From: Octopus vulgaris
Lineage: Eukaryota
Assembly (NCBI GenBank): GCA_951406725.2
Contig: OX597815.1
Coordinates: forward strand, 36,890,001-36,954,000
Direction: 5' to 3'
Length of the DNA stretch: 64,000 nt
The position numbers and the translations under genes are program-made. Shown here in pieces: positions 40,719-52,225 of this stretch (the stretch's first letter is position 1; every line of letters starts with the position of its first letter). The notes beneath the pieces were generated by a model. The model had not been told where the DNA came from and did no database searches. It worked only from the letters and a program-made list of their open reading frames with translations.

Positions 40719-41681
40719 ATGAATCCAGAAAGAAAGCAAAAGGCCCGCCTTTATCTCCAGCGTGGTGACAAATTTCCAGAGAAGCTTTATGCAGTAGTTG
40801 AGGACGGCCGTATTCTTCGGTGGGACAGTAATGGCGTAAGAATATCACTAGGCTTTCCTACACAACAAAATGCTTCAAATTCCTTAATTGAAGAAAATCC
40901 TGGACCTAAAAATTATGAAGCTTTAGTAATGGACTTATATCCAGGCTTTGTTCAAATTCCACAGTTTACTAACCTGAGGCGTCTTTTCCGCGAATATAGT
41001 TTTGGCTGGCATGTGTCTTCTAGAGGTGTTTTTTCATTCAGTCACCCTTACTTTCGCAGAGGCCGGCAGGATTTATTAGCCAATATAAAGACCAGGCGGA
41101 AAACCATACCTTTTTATAAATGCGGCTTCGGTCAACGTGTTAGCCGAAGATCTCTGAAACTAAAGAGGGACCCTGATGAATTTGATTATTCCGAGGAATT
41201 ACCCCCCGATTTCCATGCGGCACTGAATAAAAACAATAACAGTCTGGAAGAAGGAAAAGTAACTAATGTGGGACATTGTGAAAAGCAACGAGAAACTCGA
41301 AATAGACGGTCAAAGATTAACAATGAAGCTGTTTCGAAATTAGACTCAAAGCATGGCAAGTTCGAGCAATCAGAAATGGAGTCAAGTAGACAGCGTTTAA
41401 TGAAAAAACTACAACTGAGAGACATCCTCTCCTCTTACATTAAGAACGAGTTTGATAATGAGCAGGATATTCAATTACTCTCCATGTACCTGTTCTGTTG
41501 GAGCGGAATTTTCAATGGAGCCAACGACACCACTGACCAAATACTGACAGAAACTCTCTCCTCACCATTTGATTCATCAACACAAGCAGAATATATAGAA
41601 TGGCTTTCTGGCAACAGCGGTTATTTGAGACCTGTTTCAAATTCTGGAGGTAACATTATTCGAGAATATTGTCCACTGTGA
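40719..41681 (+). CDS. Intronless 320-aa protein with a divergent HSF-type winged-helix DNA-binding domain (HSF5/HSFX/HSFY-like architecture)
   Basis: Longest non-repetitive ORF in the window; ATG in an aaaATG context. FPEKLY..V, RWDSNG, Y.F and FSHPYFRRGRQDLLANIKTRRK match the HSF DBD consensus. No obvious HR-A/B heptad region. Confidence 0.85.
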   Translation: MNPERKQKARLYLQRGDKFPEKLYAVVEDGRILRWDSNGVRISLGFPTQQNASNSLIEENPGPKNYEALVMDLYPGFVQIPQFTNLRRLFREYSFGWHVSSRGVFSFSHPYFRRGRQDLLANIKTRRKTIPFYKCGFGQRVSRRSLKLKRDPDEFDYSEELPPDFHAALNKNNNSLEEGKVTNVGHCEKQRETRNRRSKINNEAVSKLDSKHGKFEQSEMESSRQRLMKKLQLRDILSSYIKNEFDNEQDIQLLSMYLFCWSGIFNGANDTTDQILTETLSSPFDSSTQAEYIEWLSGNSGYLRPVSNSGGNIIREYCPL

Positions 41682-42580
41682 AGATTTTACTCTTACTTGC
41701 ACTTGATGGAACATATTTGTCGACTTCAGTTTTTAGTTTGTTTTAACTATTTTTGTCTGTCAACCATTCCTATCACCAACATAATCATCAAACTTGTTTA
41801 GAAAGAAAGTAAAGGTTTATACATCAGTAAAATGGTATCTTTTTTCCATTATTTCAAATTATTTTTCGCAGATTTGTTTAAAATTTTTTTTCCTTATATA
41901 CACAATTCGGTGGGTTTATTTAGTTGTCTCGTTTTATGACCGATCTTCAATACGGAATGGTTTTTATTCAACAGATTGTAAATATTTGACATTTTCTTCC
42001 CATATAGTTCGAATCTGTATTCCAAAACCCTCCACTCAATATTCAGTTAAGCTACCTTTCATAATCTCCACTTGAAAATTGAACTCTTCCAGGGAAAAGT
42101 TATAAAGTGTGTCCTCTGACCTATGACATCTCGCGGGGAAACTTTTCTAATAATCTTTTCCTAAATGAATGAGATTATTAAAAAGATTGATAGTTTTTTC
42201 TCTTTTTATTTGCTTCATTCTTTAAGAAATTGTTTCCCGTTACTAAATTAATAATTATTAAGTGACCATTGTTTTTTTTTTAACCTCGAAATACGTTTTA
42301 CACGGTAATTGTTCCCATCTAAACGCTAAACGAGGAAAAATACTAGAAATAGAAAAATAATTCCGTTTAATTACCTGCATATTAGGTGCAGCTGGAAGGC
42401 TTTAACTTGTCATGCACAGCTAACTGATTAACTAATGTTTACTATCCAGAAGAGTTAATTAAAAAGTTACCTTCACAATTTTCTCGCACCCAAAAACACT
42501 TCTTTATTAAAATAGAACCTTATGTGAGTACTCGTTATGCTAGAAATAGAAGCCAAATGTCTCAAATCATACTTTCTTTG

Positions 42581-42932
42581 CAATGGTTTTCAAACGGTGT
42601 GCATCAGATTAAAAAAAACATTTCTCAGTCATAGCCAAACTGCGGCTCCCGGAAATTTCTGAGTGGTAGACCTGACGAAAAATTACCTTGAGGCTTTTTT
42701 TTAGTAATGCAATTTGCCTGATGATGAATCGTGTCTTGCCACCCACTTCTCGAAAAAAGGTTACCCATACCTTCTTTAAAACAGCAGAAAATAATCAACT
42801 ATTACTGTATTTTAGCGTTTTGAAAAGTAAGAAAGAGATTTTTCTTAAGCATTTAACTTTCCTTTTATTTTATTTGATAGCAATTATTTAAAAACTTTCC
42901 ATGTGAAGCACTCCACGAATTGAGAATCATTG
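42581..42932. mobile_element. Old hAT-like MITE
   Basis: Ends CAATGGTTTTCAA and TTGAGAATCATTG resemble hAT CAGTGGTTCTCAA TIRs. No TSD recognisable. Confidence 0.45.
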
Positions 42933-43074
42933 CCCTACGGTTTTAGAAATGGAACGACACAGAGGTTAACATATTCCTAGATACTCTAAAAGAAAAATAG
43001 GATGGTCTTTTATAGCTTTGGTCGTTCAGGGCTGACATGGCGCTACCTTCTTTGCTATTGAAGCAATAAGAAAA

Positions 43075-43837
43075 GGTAAATTTCTGTATTAATATTCGCA
43101 CAATTTACACTAAGAAAAAAAAAAAAAAACTCGGATTTTTTTGCGTGTAATCAAGTGCCCTGACCTCCTAATATGCTGCAAACACCTTATTTTGGTTCGG
43201 AAAAAAAAGAAGGGCGAGTGGGGTGGGGCATCCCGGAATCATAGGAAAATTTTTTTTGTTGAATGAATTTCTGTGACCTAATATGCTACAAAATCCTTTT
43301 TTGGGGTTCGAAAATCGAGGTGGGGTGAGCTGGAGGCCTCGAAAATTTCACCCCACACCCATTGATCTTTTCACCCGCACGAAAAAGTGTGTGTGTGTGT
43401 GGGGTGGGGGGGGGGAAGGAAACGCCCTCTTTTTTTCCGAACCTAAATAAGGGATTTGCAGCATACTAGGAAATCAGGGTACTTGATTTCACGCAAAAAA
43501 AAAATCCGATTTTTTTTTCCTTAGCGAAAATCGTGTGGGTGAAAACATCAATGATGGTCGGGGGTGAAATTTCCGAGGCTTTCACCTAACCCCACCCCGT
43601 TTTTCGGACCCCAAAAAGGGTTTTGTAGCATAATTAGGTCACAGGAATTCATTAAGCGAAAAAAAATTCCAATGATTCCGGGATGGGGGTGGGGTGGACC
43701 CCTCGCCCTCTTTTTCCGAACCAAAAACAGGGATTTGCAGCATATTAGGAGGTCAGGGTACTTGATTCCATGAAAAAAAATCCTAGTTTTTTTTTTTCTT
43801 AGTGAAAATTGCGCTGGTGTTAATACAGAAATTTATC
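43075..43837. mobile_element. Foldback/MITE element with long inverted arms
   Basis: GGTAAATTTCTGTATTAA...TTAATACAGAAATTTATC termini with arms of several hundred bp. One-arm copy at about 25490-25745. Confidence 0.75.
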
Positions 43838-43854
43838 TTTAGTATACTTTAATA

Positions 43855-44195
43855 AGGCGCAGGCGTGACTGTGTGGTAAGAAGCTTGCTTACCAACCACA
43901 TGGTTCCTTATTCAGTCCCACTACGTCGCACTTGGGGCAAATGTCTTTTACTATAGCCTCGGGCCGACCAAAGCTTTGTGAGTGGATTTGGTAGACGGAA
44001 ACTGAAAGAAGCCCGTCGTATATATATGTGTGTGTGTATCTCCACCTATGTTGGTGTGTTTACATCCTCGTAACTTAGCGGTTCGGCAAAAGCGACCGAC
44101 AGAATAAGTGCTAGGCTTACAAAAGATCATTCCTGGGGCCGATTTATTCATGGCCGCAGTCAAAATGACAGGAACAAGTAATAGAATGAAAGAAT
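43855..44195 (+). mobile_element. SINE family A copy
   Basis: Similar to 644-1036. Confidence 0.82.
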
Positions 44196-44641
44196 ACTGT
44201 CTGAAATAAATAAAAAAAAGACGGAGTTTGTTGAAACAGCTTTGGTCATAGTTATATGTTTATCAAGCTTAATCTTTATTCATTTTTAGCTTAGCTTTCA
44301 TGAGTTCTTAGCATCTAATATTCTAAGTGCAGATGTAAAACATATTTGGAGCTGTTACACGTTTAATAAAGCTAGTGTAACTTCTTAACCCAGTAAGGAT
44401 TTATTAACCACTCGACTGCTGGCTAAAAAGTATTTTCTCGTCGATGATTGCCGCATGGCATATATTTTATGGGAAAGCCTTAAAAAAGTTTTTTTTAGCT
44501 ATGTTCTGTAAACATCTGTCTCCGTCACCAGCAAAATAATATAAGGGTGGCTGGAACAAAATTGGTAATTTCTGATTTCTTATTTTCTCTAAGTGGTTGG
44601 AAGAAAACGGAAAATATCTCCAGTTTTCTATCTCCCACACA

Positions 44642-44703
<62 letters not shown>

Positions 44704-44772
44704 GGAGTAAACACATAAATGTGAAACAAGGTGGAAAAAAGAGTACTCAAATACCAGCTGCTTAAAATAAAG

Positions 44773-44805
<33 letters not shown>

Positions 44806-44863
44806 ATAAATGTGAAACAAGGTGGAAAAAAAGAGTACTCAAATACCAGCTGCTTAAAATAAA

Positions 44864-44893
<30 letters not shown>

Positions 44894-44896
<3 letters not shown>

Positions 44897-45051
44897 AGTG
44901 GCTGTGTGGTAAGTAGCTTGTTTACCAACCACATGGTTCCGGGTTCAGTCCCACTGCGGGGCACCTTGGGCAAGTGTCTTCTTCTATAGCCTCGGGCCGA
45001 CCAAAGCCTTGTGAGTGGATTTGGTAGACGGAAACTGAAAGAAGCCCGTCG

Positions 45052-45083
<32 letters not shown>

Positions 45084-45297
45084 CGTTTGTGTGTCTGTGT
45101 TTGTCTCCCTAGCATTGCTTGATAACCGATGCTAGTGTGTTTATGTCCCCGTTACTTAGCGTTTCGGCAAAAGAGACCGATAGAATAAGTACTGGGCTTA
45201 CAAAAGAATAAGTCCCGGGGTCGAGTTGTCGAGTTGCTCGATTAAAGGCGGTGCTCCAGCATGGCCGCAGTCAAATGACTGAAACAAGTAAAAGAGT
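44894..45297 (+). mobile_element. SINE family A copy within (TA)n
   Basis: Near-identical to 644-1036. Confidence 0.85.
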
Positions 45298-45416
45298 ATA
45301 TATATATATACCGTTTTATTTAGAATAAAGTGCTGCTACGATGAACTTACAATAATAGACAGGGAAACGAAAGCTATTTTTGATCCCATTATACTTTTTT
45401 CAATTAAAACTTATTT

Positions 45417-46205
45417 GGATCTTTTCCTTTTGAACGGCACATTTCAACACAATTTCTAGTTAACTATACACTTTTAAACTTCGTATACTGGTAGAATGTG
45501 TTTATAAAACATCATTTTTTCTTGGCTTTATTGAGAAAATTCTATATGTTGTAAGATATTTCGGCAATTTTAACCAATCGCTGGAGTTCATTTAGGTAAA
45601 TAACATTCTGTGCATAATGAATATGTCCCTCCTTTAAGAAACAGATTGGGTTTATTTACATTTGTGAAGAAAAAAGATACCCTTCCCTCAGCCCTAACCC
45701 TAACTCTAACCCTAACTAACCCTAAATCTAAAATAGATTGAAATGCGATAGATCGATACTAGGGCCATAATTATTGGTGACAATTTCATACGACACCGCT
45801 ACGGAAAATGGAATTTTTTTCTAGCGGTGTCAAATGAAAATGTCACCCATAATTATGGCCCTAGTATTGATCTATTGCATTTCAATCTATTTTAGATTTA
45901 GGGTTAGTGTTGGGGAAGGGTATTTTTTTTTCTTCACAAATGTAAATAAACCCAATCTGTTTCTTAAAGGAGGGACATATTCATTATGCACAGAATGTTA
46001 TTTACCTAAATGGACTCCAGCGATTGGTTAAAATTGCCGAAATGCTCGAAATTAAAGACGAAATATCTTACAACCTATAGAATTTTCTCAATAAAGCCAA
46101 GAAAAAATGATGTTTTATAAACACATTCTACCAGTATACGAAGTTTAAAAGTGTATAGTTAACTAGAAATTATCTTACAAAGTGCCGTTCAAAAGGAAAA
46201 GATCC
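45417..46205. mobile_element. Palindromic dimer of the GG-ended MITE with 8-bp TSD
   Basis: Two inverted, nearly identical MITE bodies. Outer ends GGATCTTTTCC...GGAAAAGATCC; TSD ACTTATTT. Confidence 0.88.
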
Positions 46206-46399
46206 ACTTATTTTCTACATTTTAAACGACTGAAATGATCGTTTTATAGATACTTCATTCAAAATTCTAATTTTGTTTTTCACACATCCACTTGTAGTGT
46301 ATAATTTTAATCGTGAAAGGTACAATGAAGAGAAGGCGAATTACAAGTATTTCAGATTGTGCGGTATAAATAAAACAACGAAAAGGAAAAACAATGAGG

Positions 46400-47053
46400 G
46401 TTGGGGCACAATGAGCTTATATTTCCTGCATTTTTAACTTTTCGGAAAAAAAAAGAACATTTTTTTTTACAGATGTTCACTATTTCGCAAAAACTACATC
46501 AGCTAAGCAATTGATCTCTAAATGCATTAAAGATAATGTAACATATTCAGAACACTATTTCAGAAAATTATCTCTCTTCTCTGAGAATGCAAAAGACAAA
46601 TTTAGGTGGAGCAAAATGAGTACTACGAATTAAGGTAAATTTGCTTTTTTTTAGTTCTTTACATTTGCAAGAAGACCCATATTGAAATTAGTCATTACTC
46701 ATTTTGCTCCAGTTTAAGTATTTCTTTGAATATTGGAAATGATCAAATTAGTTATTAGTGTGGGGAAAAAAAATTGACTTGGACTCCAACAGAGAGAAGA
46801 AATTTTTGATTGTTAAACACCAAAACTTATTCAGCTACAAATTATAATCGGGTCAGTGTTGAAGAATTAAAAAGAAACAAGTACTTGTCAGTTAACTGTG
46901 TTCCAAACTCTGTAAACGTCTATAACTATGCTGACCAAGTTTTACTCCCTCAAACTACATAACAGTAGAAAATGATGATACAATTCTTGCAATATTAATA
47001 ATTTCAAAGCAAATAACAAAAAGAAATCAGAAATTACTCATTTTGCCCCACTT
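46400..47053. mobile_element. Possible old pogo/Tc1-like non-autonomous DNA transposon
   Basis: Repeated GG(G/A)GCA(A/C)AATGAG motifs in inverted orientation at about 46403, 46607, 46695 and 47035. Confidence 0.4.
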
Positions 47054-47261
47054 ACATAATTTGCTTCCTCTTAAATAAGACAGAAGCATTTGAAGTTATA
47101 TATTTTTAGCCAATGAAATGAGTCCCGTGTCCTCACAAGCGCAGTCAAAACTGTTTCTTTTTTAAAAAGAATTTAATGAAAGCAAATAAACAAGGGAGGC
47201 TTATTGTCTTAAATAGACATGAAAGTAAACTAAATGAGTTTTTCTTTTAAACAAAATAATG

Positions 47262-47720
47262 GTTTCTTTATTGGTCACAAGGGCAGAAGTCGTAGATAGA
47301 TCTGTTCGGGATAACGCATGTCTACCTGTCACCGACCAGTTTATTGATGACGAGCGCCAACCAGTTGGCTAACACCTTGGCCAAAATCTTATTTGCGTTC
47401 AGTAGCGTTATGAGCCTAAAATTATCTATTTGTCCCCCCCTTGTTCGGGTCCTTTCTCAGCAGTACCACCATGCCACGGCTCACAGCACTGGGTATTCTA
47501 CCGTTCTGTTGCCACTTGCGGTAGACATCTGCCAAGAGATCCCCGAACAAGTCTGGCGTATGAAGATAAAACTCCAAGGGCAGACCATCCAGCCCCGGTG
47601 ACTTCTTTCTTGTGCAGCTTGTCATCGCGTCCCGTATGTTTTCAGCTGTTATCTGTATTTCGCAGAACTCCGCATCCCTGGTCGAAAGACGCGGCAAGCT
47701 GCCGAGATAGGCGGTGAAAT
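47262..47720 (-). mobile_element. Tx1/L1-clade LINE RT fragment joined to a 3' tail
   Basis: KKSPGLDGLPLEFY...GRIPSAVSRGMVVLLRK is a Tx1/L1 RT N-terminal motif. Tail CCTTGTGACCAATAAAGAAA at about 47262-47282. Confidence 0.78.
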
Positions 47721-47846
47721 CCAATAATGAAAGAAGACAATGATGAAATAATGAATATTTCTTCTTTATAAATAGAGTGTAATGAAAGGAAATGAACATC
47801 ATTTTTGCTTTCTTCCAACTACTTAAAGATTTATATTTATATACAA

Positions 47847-48232
47847 CTAGCAGTATCGCCCGGCGTTGCTCGGGTTTATAAGGGAAATAACTATATAAGC
47901 ATTTTTAGAGAGTTATAGCAAAAAAATGCATTAAAATGGAAAATAAATTATGGTAATTTTTTTTATAAATCGTTGACTCATCGTAGACATTTTTAGAGAG
48001 TTACTTCCCTTATATAATAGCGAAAAAAATGCATTAAAATGGAAAAAAATTATGGTAAATTTTTTTTAAATCGTAGACTCATCGTAGACGCGCGCTAATA
48101 CCCAGAAGGGCTCGATATGAATCACGACTATAAGATACCCGGTTTTGGTTAAACTGCACTGCAAAATGTGGGAGTAGTTAGGAATCTAAATCGTAGGAGA
48201 CAGACACACAACCTTACTTTTATATATAAAGA
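47847..48232 (-). mobile_element. Non-autonomous Helitron
   Basis: On the minus strand: 5' TC start, subterminal hairpin CCCGAGCAACGCCGGG, 3' CTAG, inserted between A and T. Confidence 0.8.
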
Positions 48233-48329
48233 TTAGAATAATGATAATATTATTGCCGAAAACAATGATATTATCTTCTCAAACAAATCATAGTTTTCAA
48301 ATCTGCGGAGTCACATAAACTCGCAGAGA

Positions 48330-48873
48330 TACGGGTCCACTGTAAAATGATGAGTGCCACAGCGTCATTTATTCCCTCGCTTAAGATAACCCTTAGTGCT
48401 TTCTACTTGTTGAATATGGGTCCCGTGTTCCGAATTTACAAACTCAATGCTATGGTTCACCGTTCTATGGTGAAATTGGTGCCCAGGTATCTTAGGAATT
48501 TGCGAGTATGCGCGCCACATGTCACTAGATAGTTGTTCCCAGAAGAATTGATTGAAGAATGTACGAATGTGTTACGCTCTCAAGAATGTATAGCGAAAAG
48601 AAAAACTCCTCGAGTTTCGCGACACACACCGCCCTAATCCCGCTATTCGGGTAGCTTCCCATCCCGGTTGTACTTTCTTCTCGAAAAGACTATTTCGCCT
48701 ATTTCTGCTATTCTATCCGGACCACCGATCTTCTTTGGATTGCAGAGCAAATCGTCTACGCAGTCCTCCCGTAAATATTTTTTAGAATCTACTTCTGCCG
48801 TCGCACCAATCCCTAGTTCATCCTTGCAAAACCTGAGTTCCTCTTCCAACCATGTGCCTCTTCTAACGGACAC
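48330..48873 (-). pseudogene. Decayed Merlin (IS1016/ISXO2-like DDE) transposase
   Basis: KIGGPDRIAEIGEIVFSRRKYNRDG, GGVCRETRGVFLF and VNHSIEFVNSEHGTHIQQVES match Merlin motifs (IGGP..IVEIDES.F.KRKYNRG, FGG.CRET, VNHS..FV...G.HT..IE). In-frame stops. Probable TIR ending at about 49370. Confidence 0.85.
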
Positions 48874-50373
48874 AACCTCTGGAATTCTCTACTACATCTC
48901 CAGTATACGTAGCCATAATGTTTTATTTTCATCTTAATTTTCTGTCAAAGTCAAAAATATTCATCGCTGCCGCTTAATTTTCGTCTTAATTTTTTCTGTC
49001 GAAAAATTGATGGAAATTTTTCAAAAGAATGGCTACTCGCGTGTTCGTGCCCTAAGGAAAAAATAATTAATGGAGCTGAGTTGCCATGACAACCAACAGC
49101 GTTGACTTCCACTGAGAGGAGAGTGGTTTAAGATTCATTGACTAAAAATACGTAATTTAAATGCTTCTAATTTCTTAAAGATTTTCCAAAATAATGCGAT
49201 ATTCGTCATCAGCATGTAAATCTATATAAAAAAATACATTTTTTGAAAATTTTCAGATCAAAATTTGTGGTCGGAAGAAAACGAAAACAATCCAAAAATG
49301 ATATAAAATTAATTTGATGAGAGTAGTATGAAACACAAATTCTAAGTTTTTCTCTGAGAAAAGTATGACCCCCCCCCCCAAAAAAAAAAACAGTGAAGCT
49401 CTACATGACTGCTGAACTTTTTCGAAAAGGTAGTAATATCTTCCATCTTTTCGTAAATCTTGGACTACATTGGCCAATGTGTCCTGCCCTTTTTAAGATG
49501 ATAGTGTAATTTGATGGAGATTTGACTGCTATTTTTCAGCTTGAAGAGCAACTGCGAGACGCTCTCGTTAGCTCTACCGCAATGTTCTTTACAGGTAACT
49601 TTTGTTCGTTAAATAAATGAGTACGATGATTAGTGAAATGCTTTGAATGAAGATATAAATTCCGCTCAGATGCGAGCTGAATTTGTCTTTGAAGAACGTG
49701 TTTTTCATACTCACGGGATCTATTCCATCTCAATCACAGATTCTTTAATAAATTTTTAAAAACTAAACAGTTTGAAACTTCGAATACTGGTAGAATTTCT
49801 CACGTAGAATACGGTTTATTCTGAACGTTTTTGACAAAATATCGTAGTTTAGAAGTTATTTCGTGTTAAAGTTGTCGTATTTGGGTAATTTCAACCAACC
49901 AACGACGTGCATTCGGTTGAAGAAAGCTACTGCTGTTTACGAGAGCATTTTTTCGCTCTCTATAAAGTTCTCAGTAACATGCAGAAGCATTTGTTATGGT
50001 AGTAGAAAGTTTTCTACTTCGTTCAAAATTTAGATCTTGTGCTTGAAAAATAAAACTCGTAAACCCGGGGTCTTGTAAAGCGATCTTCGTAAAGCGAGGT
50101 ATTACTGTATGTATAATCAGTGTGATGCTCAAGACGTAAGAAAATAGCTGTCAGAGATGTTTCTTATGATTGCAACCTAGATTACTATCTATATGGATAT
50201 ATTATTATCATCTCAAGAATCAAATCTTTCAGAATTCAATTCTATCTTCAAAATAACCATGGAATTTCCACGGGTACTGCTAGTGATATATATCTTATCG
50301 GCAGAAGCTACTCGAATCGTAATTCCGAATTTCGGTATGTCATTTTGTCTTTACCGTTAAGATTTGAAATGAT

Positions 50374-50416
<43 letters not shown>

Positions 50417-50559
50417 GCTAATTGCAGAAGTAGATTTTGGCTTGTATTCTAAGTGGCTGCGTTGAAAGGTGATTCTAAATGATTTTGTGTTTGTGATGTG
50501 AAGGAGGAAAAGACGGAAATGGAGAGAGAATTACGGGGTAGTCTTACCTGTCTATCTGG

Positions 50560-52225
50560 AAGGGTCACTCGCAACGTCCATGTGCTCTGTCTGCCGCCGT
50601 ACCGTCTAACAGCTCTGCTCTCTGCACAAAGGCATGCTCTCTCTCTTCTGCGGGTTGCAGCGATGCAGTACATGGATGTCTCCCACTCGTACATGAATAT
50701 TGCCCTGTGTGACACTGACTCCTCAACCTGTCCCGACATGGGCGACATATTATACCAAAAAAAAAAAACGGCCTCGACCGGTGAGATGTGGCCCCTCTCT
50801 GCTATGGTCTTGATGGTGCGACGATGCCTTTTCACAACCCCATTGCCACTTGGCCGGTATGCCGCCTTGAAGAAACAGTTAACATGCCACTTGTCGAGCA
50901 TTTCCCTCAGCACCTCCGAGCGAAACACAGTGCCATTGTCCACTAGCAGCTCATCCACGGGCCTCGTTCTAGGAATATCTCATTTAGCATTCTTGTGATT
51001 TCCTCCGCGGTCCCCGTCTTTATCGCCCTCCATATAGCCAACCGCCCCGGTCCGCAGGCGACCATCGAGAGGTATGTCTCCTGCCGGTAGTGCGTCACGT
51101 CCACTGCCAGTCATTTCCAGTTGTGTTCCATTGGAATGCTTTCTACCTCATGCACACTCGGAACGGGGGTCAATGGACTGGCACCTGTCGCAGCTCCCAA
51201 CTACTCTCTGCATACCCTCCCTGGTTGGTTAAGTCAGAGTCAACTTTCCGGGCTAGGAATAGGGTTAGGGTTCAGCCTCCGTGTAATGCATGGTATGCAG
51301 TCTCCTCAGCTCCGAGTCACTCAGTCGACACACTGCATCCACTCCTTGCTCCAGATCCTCTGGCAACTGCAATCTGGTCAGGATGTCCACTCTATTCCTC
51401 TCTGAGGGTACAAAAACCACACTCAGCTTCAGGTCAAACTCAGCAACTAGCTCGCCCAGAATTCCCAAATGACGTCTTATCAGCATCTCTGCACCCCCTT
51501 TGGTTCGCACCCTTCGCTCGCCGGTGACTATTGATCCCACCCATCTATGTACAGTGGCCGAATCGGTCCGGATCTCGATGGTACGCAGCCCCCACCTCAG
51601 GGCCAAGTTGAACTCCTTCAACACGGCATCCAGCTCCACCACGTTGATGTAGTTGCAGTCGTCCTTCTTCCTGAGCTAGGCCGCATCTTCCACTACGACA
51701 TCTCCAATTGCCAGGACAACTCCCGTTGCTATGCTGCTAGCACCACACCACACGATCCCATTCTTCAATTTGGGCACACATCAGTTTCCTCTTACTGGGT
51801 CCTCCGCAGTCACTCTCTTCAAGACTTCTTGCATCATATCAGCTGTCTTCTCGCTCACTTTGTCACTCCGCCTCACTCCTTCAGCTCGCCTCTTGATGAA
51901 GCTGCATGCTGTCCAGAGCCACACTGTAATCGGGTAGTGTCCCAGCAGGTTCACACACACAGAAAACAGTTCTCGCCTACTCGTCTTAGTGTCCAATTCT
52001 GGGACCTCATTCCTTCTCCGAAACACCAACGTGCCGGTCTTGTCTCTCTGTAGCTTGAGTCCCAATGCAGCTCCCCCTTCCATCGCCTCCGGTGGTTTGG
52101 AAGTTAGCCCGAAACTCTTCAGGTGACTTATGACCTCCTTTGCCGACACTATGCTCCCGTCTACCAGGATGTCATCATTATAGAAATTGGTGGCTCTTTT
52201 CACTTTGTCCGCTTTTCCCAGGATA
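50560..52225 (-). mobile_element. Gypsy/Ty3 LTR retrotransposon pol remnant (RT end, RNase H, integrase)
   Basis: YNDDILVDG (RT), ELDAVLK...IRTDSATV (RNase H) and LLVDNGTVF...YRPSGNGVVKR (integrase) in RT-RH-IN order; frameshifted. Confidence 0.88.

Noticed and set aside
40836-40893. Possible small intron (GTAAGA...) explaining the insert in the HSF domain
   Set aside because: I found no frame-preserving acceptor with a pyrimidine tract, the ORF is open through it, and removal would delete the predicted beta-2 strand.
49080-49093. RFX X-box-like palindrome GTTGCCATGACAAC
   Set aside because: Lies within the Merlin transposon remnant, far from any identified TSS; no support for function.
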